Source: the human T2T-CHM13v2.0 reference genome, Homo sapiens
Assembly (NCBI RefSeq): GCF_009914755.1
Contig: NC_060926.1
Reading direction: 5' to 3' (one strand)
Length of the DNA stretch: 64,000 nt
The notes under the pieces: model-generated
What the model was told of the DNA's origin: nothing
What the model saw: only the letters and a program-made list of their open reading frames with translations
Database searches by the model: none
In this document: one piece after another, positions 1 through 15,140 of the stretch
How the letters are laid out: each line of letters starts with the position of its first letter
How positions within the stretch are numbered: position 1 is the first letter of the stretch
Translations under genes and position numbers: made by a program

Positions 1-799
1 TGTTATTATGCTGTCCTAGTTTTACTCAGTATCATTGAGCAACCTGGCCTCTTGCTTAGGATTTCCGTAATGAATGGAAGGGCAATAATCCTCTTAAGTT
101 AATATCAAAAGACAGGAATAGAGCTCCAAAGCTTTCTTCCAAACTTTCCTTCAATTGATATGACTGGAAGTCCCTTTCCACAGATGCTGATATGCCTCCC
201 CTACTTCTAACTCCTGTCACTCCACACTTATCCACACACATATACATCAGCTTTTGATTTCCCGTATTGAATTACTTTTTTTTTTGTTAGTTTGTTTTAA
301 CTCCAGGAATTTATACATTACTTTCACACACAAACACAAAGGTCATTATATTTTTTAGGAAAGGTACAATTCAGGTATAAATCCATATGACGATTATTCA
401 GATATAAGCCCATATCTTCTATTAGCAACTTTCAGTGAATAATGAGGTTTTTTGTTTTGCTTTGATTTGTTTTAACAGCTCAACCAAAAAAGACTATTAG
501 AATTTCAAAAATGCACACTAATTAATGTGAGCTCTCTATGTTCCCTGGTAATGGAGGCCAGCCTCCAACAAACTATTTTCAGGTTCATTCAACCTCTGGA
601 TTGAGGTTGAGGGTTTGCAATTACTCTCAGCACACTGTTACTCTAGATAATGTGTTCATCCACACTACACAATAAGTAGTTTCAACTTAATGATCCTCAG
701 AGTCTACACCTGAAGTTCTCTCCCTCCACCGACTCCATGCAAATGAATTCAGTTCTTATCTCTGTTAGTAGAAAGCGGGAGAGCATTCTACTAACAGTG

Positions 800-1390
800 A
801 CTTTCTCATCAGCATCTATATTATCAGAACATCCTGCCTGATCTCCAGCTTGATACACCCAATTGCCTTCACACATTCACTTCCGCGTCCCGAAGACTGG
901 TTCAACTCAACCTAACCAATATTGTAATCAGGATCTTCACCCTTAAACCTGATTCTCCTGTATCCCTCAATGATCCCTCCTGTTATGTGGCACCACCACC
1001 TATCCAGCTGTTCAGACCAGAATTCTGGCTGTCCATAAATTGTCCTCATTTGCAGTCATCAATATATTCTGAGACACTTATCTGCCAATTCCTCTTGAAT
1101 CTATTTGTCTCCTTCTCTGATGTCAGCATCCTAGTGCAAGCTAGACTTATCCTCTCACTTCTACTGACATGACAACCTATTAATTAGCCACCTCACTAAC
1201 CTCTACTCTCTACAATTCCTTCTCCGTACTTCAACTAGATAGACTAGTCTTTATGCTTGACCCATTCTTTAGCTGTTTAGAAAGATAATTTAGATGGAAA
1301 TATTCTTTCAAATAAAACTTGTAATTCTTAATATGATCCAGTAAACTCTACATTTTTTAGCCTCTGCTGACATTCAGCTCCTCTAAAGTA
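800..1390 (+). mobile_element. L2 LINE remnant
   Basis: Degenerate L2 motifs caactcaacc..., cccttaaacctgattctcc, ggcaccaccacctatccagctgttcagaccagaa; boundaries approximate. Confidence 0.6.
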
Positions 1391-2075
1391 AGCATTAATG
1401 TGGTCTCGATTTTTATGAATGAAGACCAAGAATTATAGAAGTGAAAATCCTGCCTATAGCTTGTTTTGGATGTTATGATATCTAGATCTTCTAAGTCCTA
1501 TAATCTTCACTCAGATATGACACTATATTTATTCAACACTCAGAAATGAAATAACTGTATTCCTACCACTCAGCTAAAACATGGGTCCACAAATATGAAT
1601 ACTGGAAAGCCTTTCCCATCGGACTCACCAAATTCTAGGAGGATGGTTACAGGGATATGTGTGTTCCAAGACAGTGTTTTTTTTCTTTTTTCAATTGCCT
1701 TTTATATAATTTTCAAAAACTAGGAACTCACTTGTAAATGTTTTAGGTTGACATTTAAATGTTTTCATTGAAATAGTTGTAAATGGTGTATAATCTTTGG
1801 TACATTATAAACAGAAATATTTTGAAATAAAATCTATCAATTTTAACAACATATTTGATGAAATTGAAAATATATTGGCAATTTGATCCCTGCCATCATC
1901 CATATAGAAATATTCATGAACATGTTCATTCGTAGCATCTGGAAATCTTTGACTGTTCTTTTTTTTCTTTGAACATATAGTTCTATTTCAGTTCCACAAA
2001 AAATTTATTCTACTGCATAGAATTATTTTATTGAACACTTTATCATTTTCTGCAACAAATATAGACATATGAGTA

Positions 2076-2551
<476 letters not shown>

Positions 2552-4199
2552 ACATTCAATGAAATGTTTATCTTGTATATTTAAATTGAAATAGCAGCTT
2601 GATTATTATTTTATGTGCAAAGTCATGATATAAGTATCCTTCATAGGTATTGGTACAGGTAGGTACATAACTATAAATTATATGTGTGTATATATATATA
2701 CACAGACACACACGTATACACATGTATGAAACACTTCATTAAATCAAAATCATCCGAATTATTAATCAGTAAATGTTTAGTATCAATTAATAATAAATTC
2801 TATATGTACAATTATTCTTTCATAAAATAACTATTAACTCATTTTAGCATCACTGTGCCATAAACTACATGAGTAAACTGTTTTCTTTTCATATATATTT
2901 GCATTACCAAGTTGATATATTTTAAAATATATTTAATGCAAGGTTAACTTTGAATGAAGCCATTTACTACAATCAGAAATTTTAGAGGAAAAAGCAGAAA
3001 GGCAATGTCACTATTCCCTTCTCCCTTAAGGTGTCCCTGGTTCTCACACAAATGCTTGAAAAGAGGTGGAACATGGAAAACACAGAAAGACCCTATTTGG
3101 CTTTAATACCTTCACTCATTAGTCACTGGAAACCAGTCACGAGGAGGGGTTTCTCTTTCTCTCAGTCTTCTCTCTCTAGGACTCCCTGGGCTATCAGCTA
3201 GAAAACTGGAATTAGACTATATTGGACATTATGTTACACTGAATATTTTTTAGTGTCTGTCATTCTATTTATTCAACTGAATGTATAATATATTCCTAAG
3301 AAAGGTAGTTAATTAAATTATCAACCAACAAAAGGGAGATCTAATTCTTTCTTCTCTGTTCCTTCACTTCCTCTTCCTACCTGTGCGTGCTCTCTCTCTC
3401 TCTGTCTCTCCCTCTCACTTCTTTTTTCCTTCACATATATACTCATTCACTCTTAAAAACAAAATTGCCACCATTTCAGGTTTCTTTCCCTATTGTATTT
3501 TTCTTCCACAACACAATTGCAGGATATATCTTTCTATTATAGAATACTTATTTTATAAAATATATTTTTATTCTTCAAAATTATTTTAATAAGTCTTTTT
3601 ATGCATTAAAAATATTATTAAAGATAATTTCTGGTGTTAGAGTGGGCATGGTAAAATGTGTGCAATTATACATTGCTGATGGGTATCATTCCAAAAGATT
3701 CTTAGATGGTCACAGAGGTTGAAGCCGCCCTGTGAGACTCAGTTTCCCTGCTTCATCAGGTCCTAGTCTGTGCCCACTTTGGCTTTAGAGTTATAAATAC
3801 CATGTGCCAATGTATGAAAATGTGTTGGTGTAAACACAACTTTATTTTTTAAAATTGATATGTCATAAAAGAATACCAAAGAGAATATTTGCATAAAAGC
3901 ACAATAGGAAAAGAGAGGTATACTTACATATTTTGCAGCCTAAGGAAATGTAATGAGATGGTTGACATTCCTCAATTAAGGAATGTTAAGGGCTTAGTTT
4001 TAGGCTGAAGTAAAAATATATTTCTTATGCTTATACTACTTTTCTTTGAGTTCATTGCTAACACATTTTCTACAACTGTTGATATCTCAGAATAGTATTT
4101 TTAGTAAAATAAAAAACAATTTTATTTTATAAAAATGAGTAAATTTCTAATAGCATAATGTAAACAAAAAAAGTACATGTAACTCCATTTGGATAATAT

Positions 4200-4620
4200 A
4201 ATCTAAAATATTTTGTGTGTTTCTTACTTGTCTTTTTATAAATACATATATAATTTGGATATAAATTCCTTAAATATACTTTTAAACTAACAATTCATAG
4301 ATGTGATTATTTATAATAATTTTTAGTTTTACTCTACACCTGTGTCATTAAATCTTCTTCTATTGCATGACTTTTCATGGCTGCACACATTTTATTTCAT
4401 GAATATTCCATGAGTTTCACCATTCCCTTACTACTAACAATTAAAATTATTGGAATGTTTTATTATTATAAATAAAATGTCAATAAACAGTATGGTAATA
4501 AATACTCATATTCACTCTAATGATATCTTTAATATAAATTAGTAAGAATTGAAATAATGTGTAAAATGATATGAATTTTAAGGCTTTTGAAACATGCTAT
4601 CAAAGTATCTTCTATTACAA
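4200..4620 (-). mobile_element. ancient L1ME-type remnant
   Basis: Weak resemblance to antisense L1M 3' sequence (ttttcatggctgca..., tgaattttaaggcttttgaaacatg). Confidence 0.4.
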
Positions 4621-5459
4621 TTAAGATACTATTTTCTGTTCTTACAGCACACATATATACATCCATTCACACGCACACACACACATCTTTTTAACATAGA
4701 CAAATTGTTCCCAGTACCTCATTTTATACATAATTCTAACCCTGGACCAGAAGTGGACATCTGGCTCAGACATGCCCAGGCAGGCCAGCTGTTTCAGATG
4801 GTTGCCTTGGCTCCCACATTAACCCCTTCTTCATTAACCCCTTCTTCAAATACTTCTCAAGGTCTAGTCATCCTCTGGTCATGAACTCCATGGAAGATTA
4901 TTGCAAAATTGTACAACTGAAAAATAATTCAGGTTAATCAGCTTTCATTTTCATTCTGCCCACTGTGTGATGCTTTAAAAGGTTTGCTGTTTTAATTTAA
5001 AATCCCTTACAAAAGCAACTGGGCATTTGCCATTTTTTTTTATATCCTCCAACATTCTGATCCTTTAAACTCTTTCCAACAGCTTTACGTAGCACATGAT
5101 TCTAATTAAAAGCCTCCACGAATGCTTGATGGCATTACTTTCACCACTGATTATATCAAAATAAATTGGTTGCTTCATACACTTAAAAATATATTAAAAC
5201 TTTAAAACATTGGCTTTTTTGCCTCTCCATATCTTTTCACCAGCATGAGTTACCTTTAAAAGTAACTATGTGATTTATTCACATATACCTTATAAACACT
5301 TAATAATGACAATACTTTATTATCAAAGAAAGTAATGTTTCCAAGATCAATTTAGCCTCTGACAGTAAAGGGAAATAATTCTACACTATTTCAGACCTTT
5401 ATCATTTCTTACTAGGATAATTTCAAATGCCAAAATACCTCTACCTTCCTTGTTGTTGG

Positions 5460-5489
5460 ATGTGTGTGTGTGTGTATGTGTGTCTGTGT
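5460..5489. repeat. imperfect (TG)n microsatellite
   Basis: tgtgtgtgtgtgtgtatgtgtgtctgtgtg. Confidence 0.9.
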
Positions 5490-5564
5490 GATTGTAGCTT
5501 TTAGCTATTTTAAATGCTCAAATGACTTGCTACTTTTGTCTAAAAATTTATTTTCTTAACATAC

Positions 5565-5720
5565 AGTGCAGCGTTTTGGAAAAAACAAAGCTTAGTTAGG
5601 TAAATTTCCCATTCTCTGACTTGTCAGTTACATAATCCTGGGAAAATTATCTTGACCATCGAAATTTAGTTTTTTCATTTATCAATAAGGGTGATGATTA
5701 CCTTCTATAACTGCGGTACT
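5565..5720 (+). mobile_element. MIR SINE remnant
   Basis: Core-like cctgggaaaattatcttgacc...agttttttcatttatcaataagggtgatgattacct. Confidence 0.55.
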
Positions 5721-6570
5721 TACCACTCTCTGAAGTTTCATACTATTCAAGTTAATTTCTCATTCTATTCCTCAATGTATCTCTTTATTTTCATGTGAAT
5801 ATGATGCATCTCCTACTCATATAATCCTACTCTCAATCTTGAACTATATTTGATACTCCAAGACATAGTGCCTTGGAGTGCCATTTGAAATCCATATGTC
5901 AACCATTATTATTAATTATTATTTTATTTCATACTAGATTTTTGAAGTTTGGCCCTCACTTTCAAAGCCTAGCCTCTGCTTTTCTTGTCTCACATCCCAT
6001 TTACAGTTTATGTGTCAGCTACACGAGAATGTTCAACACTCTCACCACTGTTTAGCCCTTCTATGCTACTGTCCCTGCAGCCCTCTGCATGGCACACTGC
6101 CCTTCACCACCGTGGGAAAATTTCTCCTCTGTGAAAGTTCTACTCTGTCCTCGAATATTCTGGATAAACATATATAATAACATTTATTTAAACGTTTATC
6201 TTTTAAAGTTCAAATACCCTTGTGGAATAAAATACATCAGGTCAGTTTTTTACATCTCAGCATAAATTAAAATCTTAGCTCCTGCAAGATACTGAAGTTC
6301 ATATCTTTAACTCCTTTAGTCTTGTTTTTAGTCTCCATAGGGTAATTTGGTATTGTTATTTCCACCTACTGTGGGCTCTGAGTCACAAAGAAAAAAATAA
6401 CTGAGAGGATCTAACATTTATCAAGTGTGCTTACCACATGAGATTCACACACTAAGGCAATAATATTCTTTTATATTCATCCTTTAACTCTTTATGAAGT
6501 CACAGATAAATATTATTAATTATCAATCAAAATTTATAGACATTAGCTTTAACTCTCAGAAAGATGAATT

Positions 6571-6893
6571 TACTTTATTTATTTATTTATTTTATTTTAC
6601 TTTTTTTTTTTGAGATGGAGTCTCGCTCTGTTTCCCAGGCTGGAGTGCAGTGGCATGATCTGAGCTCACTGCAGTCTCTGCCTCCCATGTTCAAGTGATC
6701 CTCCTGCCTCAGCCTCCCAAGTAGCTGGGATTACAGGCACGTGCCACCAAGCCCAGCTAATTTTTGCATTTTTAATAGAGACAGGGTTTCGCCATGTTGA
6801 CCAGGTTGGTCTTGAATTCCTGACCTCAGGGGATCCACCCACCTGGGCTTCCTAAAGTGCTGGGATTACAGGCATGAGCCACCACACCCAGCC
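6571..6893 (-). mobile_element. AluS (Sx-like), full length
   Basis: T/(TTTA) tail, tgagatggagtctcgctctg...ccaccacacccagcc. Confidence 0.95.
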
Positions 6894-8548
6894 TGAATTC
6901 AAATTTGCAGGGTCACATAAAGATTAGAATTAAAAAAAATTGAATATCATAAAGTTAAAGTTACTCTGTTCTTCTGCTTGTAATTAAAGTATGTACTCTG
7001 ATTGTTCTTCCTTAAAGCCAGTTCCGGTACAATATAAAAAAAGTGGTTAGGTGGCTGCCCATGAAGTTTTCCCAGGACTTCTCGTATTTCAATTATAATC
7101 TATTCTTAATAACTCTAGAATACTAATAAAGATAAATAGAGAAGAATAATAGCAGGCAAAGGTACCATACTGGATAGTTTTTCTCATTGGATCTAGCAAC
7201 AATGAAACTTCTAAGATTTTCATTTATTCAGTTGAGCCAAATCAAGCTGTAAGTATTCCCAAATCGATTTTGAAGAGGACACTATTCTTAAATGAAGTAT
7301 TATAGCATATGAGTTAATACATCTCATGTAATTATGTAATACATTCAGAGAAAGAATAAGCATGTAAAATTTATCAAATTATAAATTGTATAGATACACT
7401 TTATATATTAAATATCAGAAATTTGAATTTTTGTGCTTTGATTTCACAAACATTGATATGTTTGATATGGCTTAGAAACTTTGTGGGTAGTATTCTGCTA
7501 ATATTGCCTGGAAAAATATAGGAGATGAAAAAAGACATACAAATGTTTTCAATAGTTAGTTTAGTATTCTTATAAATTATAAAAAGTTTTTCTGCACAAG
7601 ACTATTATTAAGAAAATCAAAAACACATATTATGTAAGTATTTTACTAAGATGGCTATTTACATTACTTAAACATAATCTGCTGTTTCCTCCCTATAGTT
7701 TTTGCTGGAAGTAGTAGTGATAATGTATAGTAACTTCAGTGAGCAACACAACATAATTTGAACGTTTTCAATAGGAGCCAAATATGATTATATGTGACAA
7801 TTATGATATTTATTAGCAGCTATGGGATGTGTTCTCTTTCACCAGAATGAATTGATATATGTAAAGTACTTATAAATATAGCTGGCACATTGTAGGCTCT
7901 TTATAAAGGCCAATAGCTTGATAGCTATTATTATATTAATAAAAATGCATTTGCTAACACAGAAGACCCAACTGACAATTATTTAGTTTTTTTATTTGCT
8001 TAATAAAAATCCAGCTCTGCGGAGGTTACAGTGGCCCAGAAGTCTCATCCAAACCTTTGTGGCTTTCCATGATTTACTTTGCTATCTATAGACTGTATAT
8101 TTTGTTGCCACTTATGATGGCAACATGGCCTTAGTAATTTCTGTCAATGCATGCAGGCATAATGATGTTGTCATGAAGAATATTTTCTTCTGTGCAGTTT
8201 TTTTTATTAGGAGGGAAAATGTGGATACATTTTCCTTGAAAAATCAAGAAGATTAAGTTTCTTGCTAACTTCTAAACTAACCACTGTGAAGGAAAATGCC
8301 ATTTATATGGCTGGCTAAAACCAATAATCATTCTAATAGTAAAAAGTGCATAGTGTAAAGGTAAACACTTTAATAATATCAGGCTAAATCAGCAAAGGGT
8401 AAGAGAGCTACAGGTGGTGGTGTCAGTAATGGTGGTGGTTGTAGCAGTGTGAATGGTTCTGGGGTAGGTGGCTGGAGATATCTGCAACAATATTATGAGC
8501 AATTCTTAGAATTGCTAATTAAAATTCAACATGCTTCCTATAGTAGAC

Positions 8549-8975
8549 AGTGTTGGTGCCTCATGTAAAAACCGTGGATCCCCCGTAGGAACTGTGTGAC
8601 CACTCCTTAGGCTCTCTGTGCTTTGCTGCTAAAGACTGGCATGGAAAGTTTAGAGGACAGATTATCTTTTTAGAGCTGAGTTGTCTGTGGACAGCTTATG
8701 GCCCATAGCTAATGAATGGTTAGTGGAATACAACAGCTCAGCACACCTGATTCCCCATAGGACCAACTATAAAGTACAATTTACTCTCCAGAGCTCCCCA
8801 TCCAGTCAGACTGAGGCTGGTGCCTCACCTGAAATCATAGCCTTGCTTGACTTGTTTTTTCCAGTTGTGTTTCCCACACTTTCTGAGTGGTTTCTTTTGG
8901 CAGAACTTCTTTATTGCATCACTTGCTCTCAAATCTTGTGTTCAGATTCTACTTCTGAAGGGCCATTAACTAAGA
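8549..8975 (+). mobile_element. LTR16-like ERVL solo LTR
   Basis: Motifs actctccagagctcccca, gactgaggctgg, catcacttgctctcaaatcttgtgttcagattctacttctg and 3' aactaaga. Confidence 0.6.
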
Positions 8976-9143
8976 TGGCTTCAGAAAGGTTTATTAACAC
9001 ATTCAATATCTGTCATTTTAAAATAGTAACCAATTATATAAGAATCATGTTTAGAACAGTTCTGATTTAATATCAGCACAAAGAAAGCTGATACAATTAA
9101 AAAAATTATCATTTCCTCAGTTTCTTAATTTAAACTTTCATAA

Positions 9144-9467
<324 letters not shown>

Positions 9468-10722
9468 TGACTAGAATATCTTATATCTTATCATTTATTT
9501 ATATATTTATCTTTTTTGCTGTTCTGTATGACATAAATATAATTCACTAAATTCTCATTATAAGTCTTGGACACCATAAATCAGATACAAATTATTTTAA
9601 AAAGTAAAATAATATAATAGAAATTTTAACACTGTAGCTACTTATATATGATCAATATAAATTATTTTCTAAAACTTTCATATAAATTACAAACATATAT
9701 AGATTTATAGAAAATAATTGTCCTTTGAATAAAGTGAAACCAGGTAGTCAATCAAATGGACATATTTTATTTGAGAAAAGTTTATAGTTTTTTCAGCTCA
9801 ACATTTCTTCTATTTTTTTTAATAGTCTAAGTTCCTAAATCAGAGATAGCCTTATCAATAAATGACAATCCTCAGTAGCTAAAGTATTATTTCAATATAC
9901 AGGCAATGTAAAATATATTGAAATGTTAGAATTTATATAGAGTCCAGCTCTATACTTTCAGAACACACACAAATGCTTTGAAATTCATTGAAAAATTCAT
10001 TCATTGAAAATTCTTTGGCAAAAAACTCTTGCTTACTCTTCCCCCTTCAAGAGAACATGATCTAACAAGGTCTATACTCTGAAATTGTTTAAGATCTTTA
10101 AAGTCTGTTGTTACTCTTGAAGTAAGACATTTCCTTTGGTGATGACCTCATTGGAAAGGTCAAGGAGTGAATAGGAAATTCTTAGAGATTGAGATGGCAT
10201 TGCCAATAGAGGGGAGGAAATTACTTACTTCATTATTTTCAAAGGACTTTTTTGTTTGCAGGTCAGATTAGGGCTTTCCATCCTCTGTTTTTTCCTCCCA
10301 TTAAGTCTTTCATAAGAACAAAATGTGTTTCTGGCTTGCTTCCCCTGTAATAGGGAGGAGAGATTCCTATGCCTCATGTGCATTTTCTTCAGATAAATGA
10401 GATAAAGAGTAATGATAACTGGCATCTAAAGAAACTGAAATAAAGTTTTCTTAAAGTTATCCTGGCTGAATATATGTATATGTGATATCAAATATGCTAT
10501 TTTTAAAAAATATAATTTTATTTGATAATATGCACATAAAATATCCATGTAATTGACTGTTTCTACTTCTCTTACCCAGCTGTGAGTCAGTACAGAATAA
10601 AAATTCCAATGAATATTTCATTGTGGGATGATTTTACAAGCCATTCATTCATGATTTACAAGCAATTCAGTTCCATTAACATAAATTTTGAAGGAAATAG
10701 GCATATCACAATGATTATAAGA

Positions 10723-11022
10723 GGGCAGCCTTGGTGGCTCACACCTGTAATCCCAGCACTTTGGGAGGCTGAGGCAGGCAGATCACCTGAGGTCAGGAAT
10801 TCGAGACCAGCCTAGCCTAAATGGCAAAACCCCATCTCTCTGTCTCTACTAAAATACATATATCAGACCAGAAATGGTGGCATGCACCATAGTCCCCACT
10901 ACTCGGGAGGCTGAGGCTAAGAGAATTGCTTGAACCCAGGAGGTGGAGGTAGCAGTGAGCCGAGATCTTACCACTGCACTCCAGCCTGGGCAACAGAGTT
11001 AGACCCTGTCTCGGAAAAAAAA
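10723..11022 (+). mobile_element. AluS/J-type, full length
   Basis: Alu dimer; TSD aatgattataaga / aatgattataaca. Confidence 0.95.
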
Positions 11023-11414
11023 AATGATTATAACATATTGATGTAAATCAGAAATGTAAATATCTTCAATGCAAGGAAAGAAAAAACACACAAAGACAGT
11101 TGATGGAAAAAGGAAGTAACTGATGGAATCAGGAAGATCTTGAAATTGGTGTGTCATTTGAACCAGAGGACAGTTTTTCTAGAGAATGCCATCCCATCTT
11201 CTAATCTGGAGAGTCTCATATATTCAATGAGGTGGGCTTAAAAATTGATTAATAATAATAATCCAGTTAATCTATAGGCTATAGATATGTGGTAAAATTG
11301 AGGGGTTTTTTCCAGATAGTAGCATGTCTTAAATGCCAACCTGCTGTGTGAGCTTCATTCAGAAAGTGGGAAAAGTGGGGATTTTTGGGAAGAGGTATTG
11401 CAGTTTCAAAGCCA

Positions 11415-11848
11415 AACCAAACCAAATGCCCATCAGTGATAGACTGGATAAAGAAATGTGGCACATAAACACCATGGAATACTATGCAGTCATAAAAAAG
11501 AATGAGTTCATGTCCTTTGCCAGGGCAGGAATGAAGCTGGAAACCATCATTCTCAGCAAATAACACAAGAACAGAAAACCAAACACCGCACATTCTCACT
11601 CATAAGTGGGAGGTGAACAATGAGAACACATGGACACAGGGAGGGGAACATCACACACTGAGGCCTAACAGGTGTTGTGGGGCAAGAGAAGGGAGAGCAT
11701 TAGGACAAATACCTAATACATGCAGGGCTTAAAACCTAGATGATGGGGTGATGGGTGCAGCAAACTACCATGGCACATGTATACCTATGTAACAAACCTG
11801 CACGTTCTGGACATGTATCCCAGAACTTAAAGTATATATAAAAAAAAA
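11415..11848 (+). mobile_element. L1PA (approx. PA7-8) 3' end, 5'-truncated
   Basis: ORF2 C-terminal MWHINTMEYYAVIKKNEFMSF, L1PA 3'UTR ending cagaacttaaagtat plus A tail. Confidence 0.92.
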
Positions 11849-12116
<268 letters not shown>

Positions 12117-12630
12117 CTATTTGTGCATAGTGATATATATTAAACACATTTCTGTGGAATCTTCTTAAAACAGGTATTTCCTATTTTCTACAAATATGAT
12201 GGTAGTAGGAAACATCTAGAAAAGTTACGATTCTTAAATTACCATGAGTGATTATCTCAGTTTTCAGTGGAAACTCCTAGGCTCTAGTTGTAAACTGTAG
12301 CAATGAATCAGATATGTAATTCCAAATGTGTTCTTATTGCATGAAAGCTTTAACAGTGCATTTCCATTTGGAAGATACACCAAGAAGGAATTTTTCAAGA
12401 CCTCAACTTTAGAGAGACCTTTAGGTGAGGATTAAATACTTAATCAGGGAGAAATGGTGCAGTTCAAAAAGAATTTTTGATTTGGGATTTGACCACTCCT
12501 CTTATTTGACAATTTCAAATCATAATGGAGGAAAAGTATTTTTAATAAGGAATATGTAGTTTTCATTCCTTGAACAAATATTGTAAATAGGAGAAGCTAT
12601 CAGGAGATGACTTTATTCTGAATTTTTGCT

Positions 12631-12651
12631 TGTGTGTGTGTGTGTGTGTGT
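12631..12651. repeat. (TG)n microsatellite
   Basis: 10 TG units. Confidence 0.9.
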
Positions 12652-13369
12652 AAATTTAAATACATTCTTTTTATTGCCAATAAACTTTCTTGCAAGTACC
12701 AGTTTTTTCCCAAATGAGATGCAGATATATAAGTTTCATATGGTAATTTGGTTATAAAAGAAGATTAAATGCAAAGAAATGCTGTGTTCCTATCTGTGGC
12801 AATAATTTTATATGCATGAGGAAAATATAGAGCACAGAAAGCCTTGAGTCAATAGAAAGTTAGGGAAATAATCACTGTTAAGTAGACACAGCAGGTATAA
12901 ACTCTGCTGGGAGAATCTTTTTACTTCTACAACTCAGATAAATTGTTTTCAATTAAAATTAATTTTCCAAGTAATAATTCTATATAATGAAGCTATTACT
13001 ATAGTAGGCAATTTGTCATTGCCAATCTTATTGCAGATAATCTTTATTAGTACCATACATAAGTGTAAACCTCTGCTCAGAAAATCTATTTCTTGGGTGA
13101 CTCCCAAGAAAATCCTATTTCATTGGAGCTTTCAATGTAATTTCTACTAGAATTGGTTCATATTGCTTTGACCAATGGATAATAATGTAATTAAAGGAAG
13201 AAGAGACAGAAAATGGATTTGTTTATATTTACTTCAGAAAAATCTGAGAAGGTGAAAACCATTTTCTAAGGTCTGGAATATGTACTCCTGGCTACATTAG
13301 ACTATCTCTAATGCTTTTCTTACTTTCTGAATGTTTATTTCTTTTACTACGTTCTCTTTCTTCTCCTCC

Positions 13370-13800
13370 CACTGGATTGGAGTAATTCCTCAAGCATTAG
13401 TTTTTAGTTTTGTTTTTCTCTACATTTATTCCACACAAATTTAATCTGAATGAATGGTTTCAATGTCCCCTTTATTTGCTGGTATTTTCTCCTGACTGTC
13501 CTCAATTTTTTTTTACAAGGAATTTCCAGACTTAATTCTTAAAACTTCCTTTAAACAATTTCCTCAGATTTCTCGCTATCATTAAAAATACATACTTGGC
13601 TCTAAACCCTTCTCCAACTCTATCAGTGACATAGAAGTTCTCACACCAACGTGATCCAAAGAAAATTTTAGGGTCACAAACTGCATGTTTCCCACTGACT
13701 CCCTACACAATCACCTCAAAACAAACTCAATTTCCTCCTTTGTTTCAATCTTTATTAATTGTTTCTGTACAATTTTTGGTGTGTTAAAAATATCTCAGAC
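13370..13800 (+). mobile_element. L2 remnant
   Basis: Weak degenerate L2-like pyrimidine-rich sequence (ggagtaattcctcaagc..., ctctaaacccttctcc). Confidence 0.35.
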
Positions 13801-13972
13801 ATTGACAGTTTGTATTTCCTTTATACTTGTACCAAAACTATTTCATACTCAAAGCTTTTGTATTTGCCCCCCTTGATATAAGAGTTTTAATTCACTAAAA
13901 TTCACAGCTGACAGCATTAATCAGTTATTATAAAGTGACAGTAAAAATTACCTCTCCATTGTATATAAACAG

Positions 13973-14415
13973 AGTATGATAGTCACAGTTCTCCAGTAAG
14001 ACACAACTAATAGGGTGTGTGTTGGAGGGGAAAGAGGTTGGGTCACACACATGCAAAGAGATTTATAGTAAGGAATTGGCTCATGTCATATGAGGGCTAG
14101 TAAGTCCAAAATCTGCAAGGTGAGCTGGCAGAGGAGACTCAGGAAAGCCAGTGGTACAGTTCCAGTCTGAAGGTAGTCTGCTTTAGAGTTCTCTCTTGCT
14201 TTGAAGAAACTAGTGATTTCATTCCCTTCAGCCCTTCAACTGATTGAATGAGGCCCACCTACATTAACGAGGGCAATCTACTTAACTCAAAGTCTACCAA
14301 ATTAAATATTAAACTTATTCAAAAACTCCCCCACACAAATGCTCAGAATAATATTTGACCAAATTTCTGGGCACCCCATGGCCCAGTAAAATTGACACAA
14401 AAATTAATCATTGCA
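13973..14415 (-). mobile_element. MLT2 (D/B-like) ERVL solo LTR
   Basis: aaggaattggctcatg, gtccaaaatctgca, ccttcaactgattgaatgaggcccac, end ttgacacaaaaattaatcattgca. Confidence 0.85.
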
Positions 14416-14778
14416 GTAAGCTATGTAGACAGCTTCAGACAAACACTTCCTAAAAGGTTTCATGTCAAGCATAAGTTTCTGGTTATAGACTTAATGAAAC
14501 AAATCATTGTATATATCAGGAATTTATGAATGAGAAAAAGGGAGAGAGGAGATAGTTCAAGACTCTAATACTATAGATATTTCAATGCCCAGTGTAAAGA
14601 ACATGTGTTACATCTTCTTATAAAAGAATACTGAGGTGAATAAAGTTACCTTTAAATTAAAAACCAGGTTACAAATGAGGTTTTGATATAATAAAACTTT
14701 TTATTTTACCTGCAAAAGACCTCTCATTAATCTTATTGCAAAGAAGTTTATAAAATATGTGCTTTTGTCATTCATTAT

Positions 14779-15140
14779 TGTATTAGTCCATTTTCATGCT
14801 ACTATGAAGTAATACCTGAGACTGGGCAATCTATAAAGAAAAGAGATTTAATGGACTCATGGTTCCACATGGCTGAGGAGGCCTCCCAATCATGGTGGAA
14901 GGTGAAGGAGGAGCAAGGCACGTCTTACATGGTGGCAGGCAAGAGAGCATGTGTAGGGGAACTGCCCTTTATAAAACCATCAGATCTCGTGAGACTTATT
15001 CACTACCACGAGAACAGCATGGGAAAAACCTGCCCTCCTGATTAAATCACCTTTCACTCGTTCCCTTCCATGGCATGTGGGATTTATGGGAGCTGCAATT
15101 CAAGATGAGTTTTGGGTGGGGACACAGCCAAACCATATCA
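14779..15140 (-). mobile_element. THE1 (B/C-like) MaLR solo LTR
   Basis: tgtattagtcc...gggacacagccaaaccatatca; perfect 5-bp TSD attat. Confidence 0.93.

Noticed and set aside
2915-2932. 18-bp AT-only palindrome (also similar near 18005-18035)
   Set aside because: Expected by chance in very AT-rich DNA
8681-9070. 129-aa ORF
   Set aside because: Mostly within an LTR16-like remnant; no protein similarity recognised
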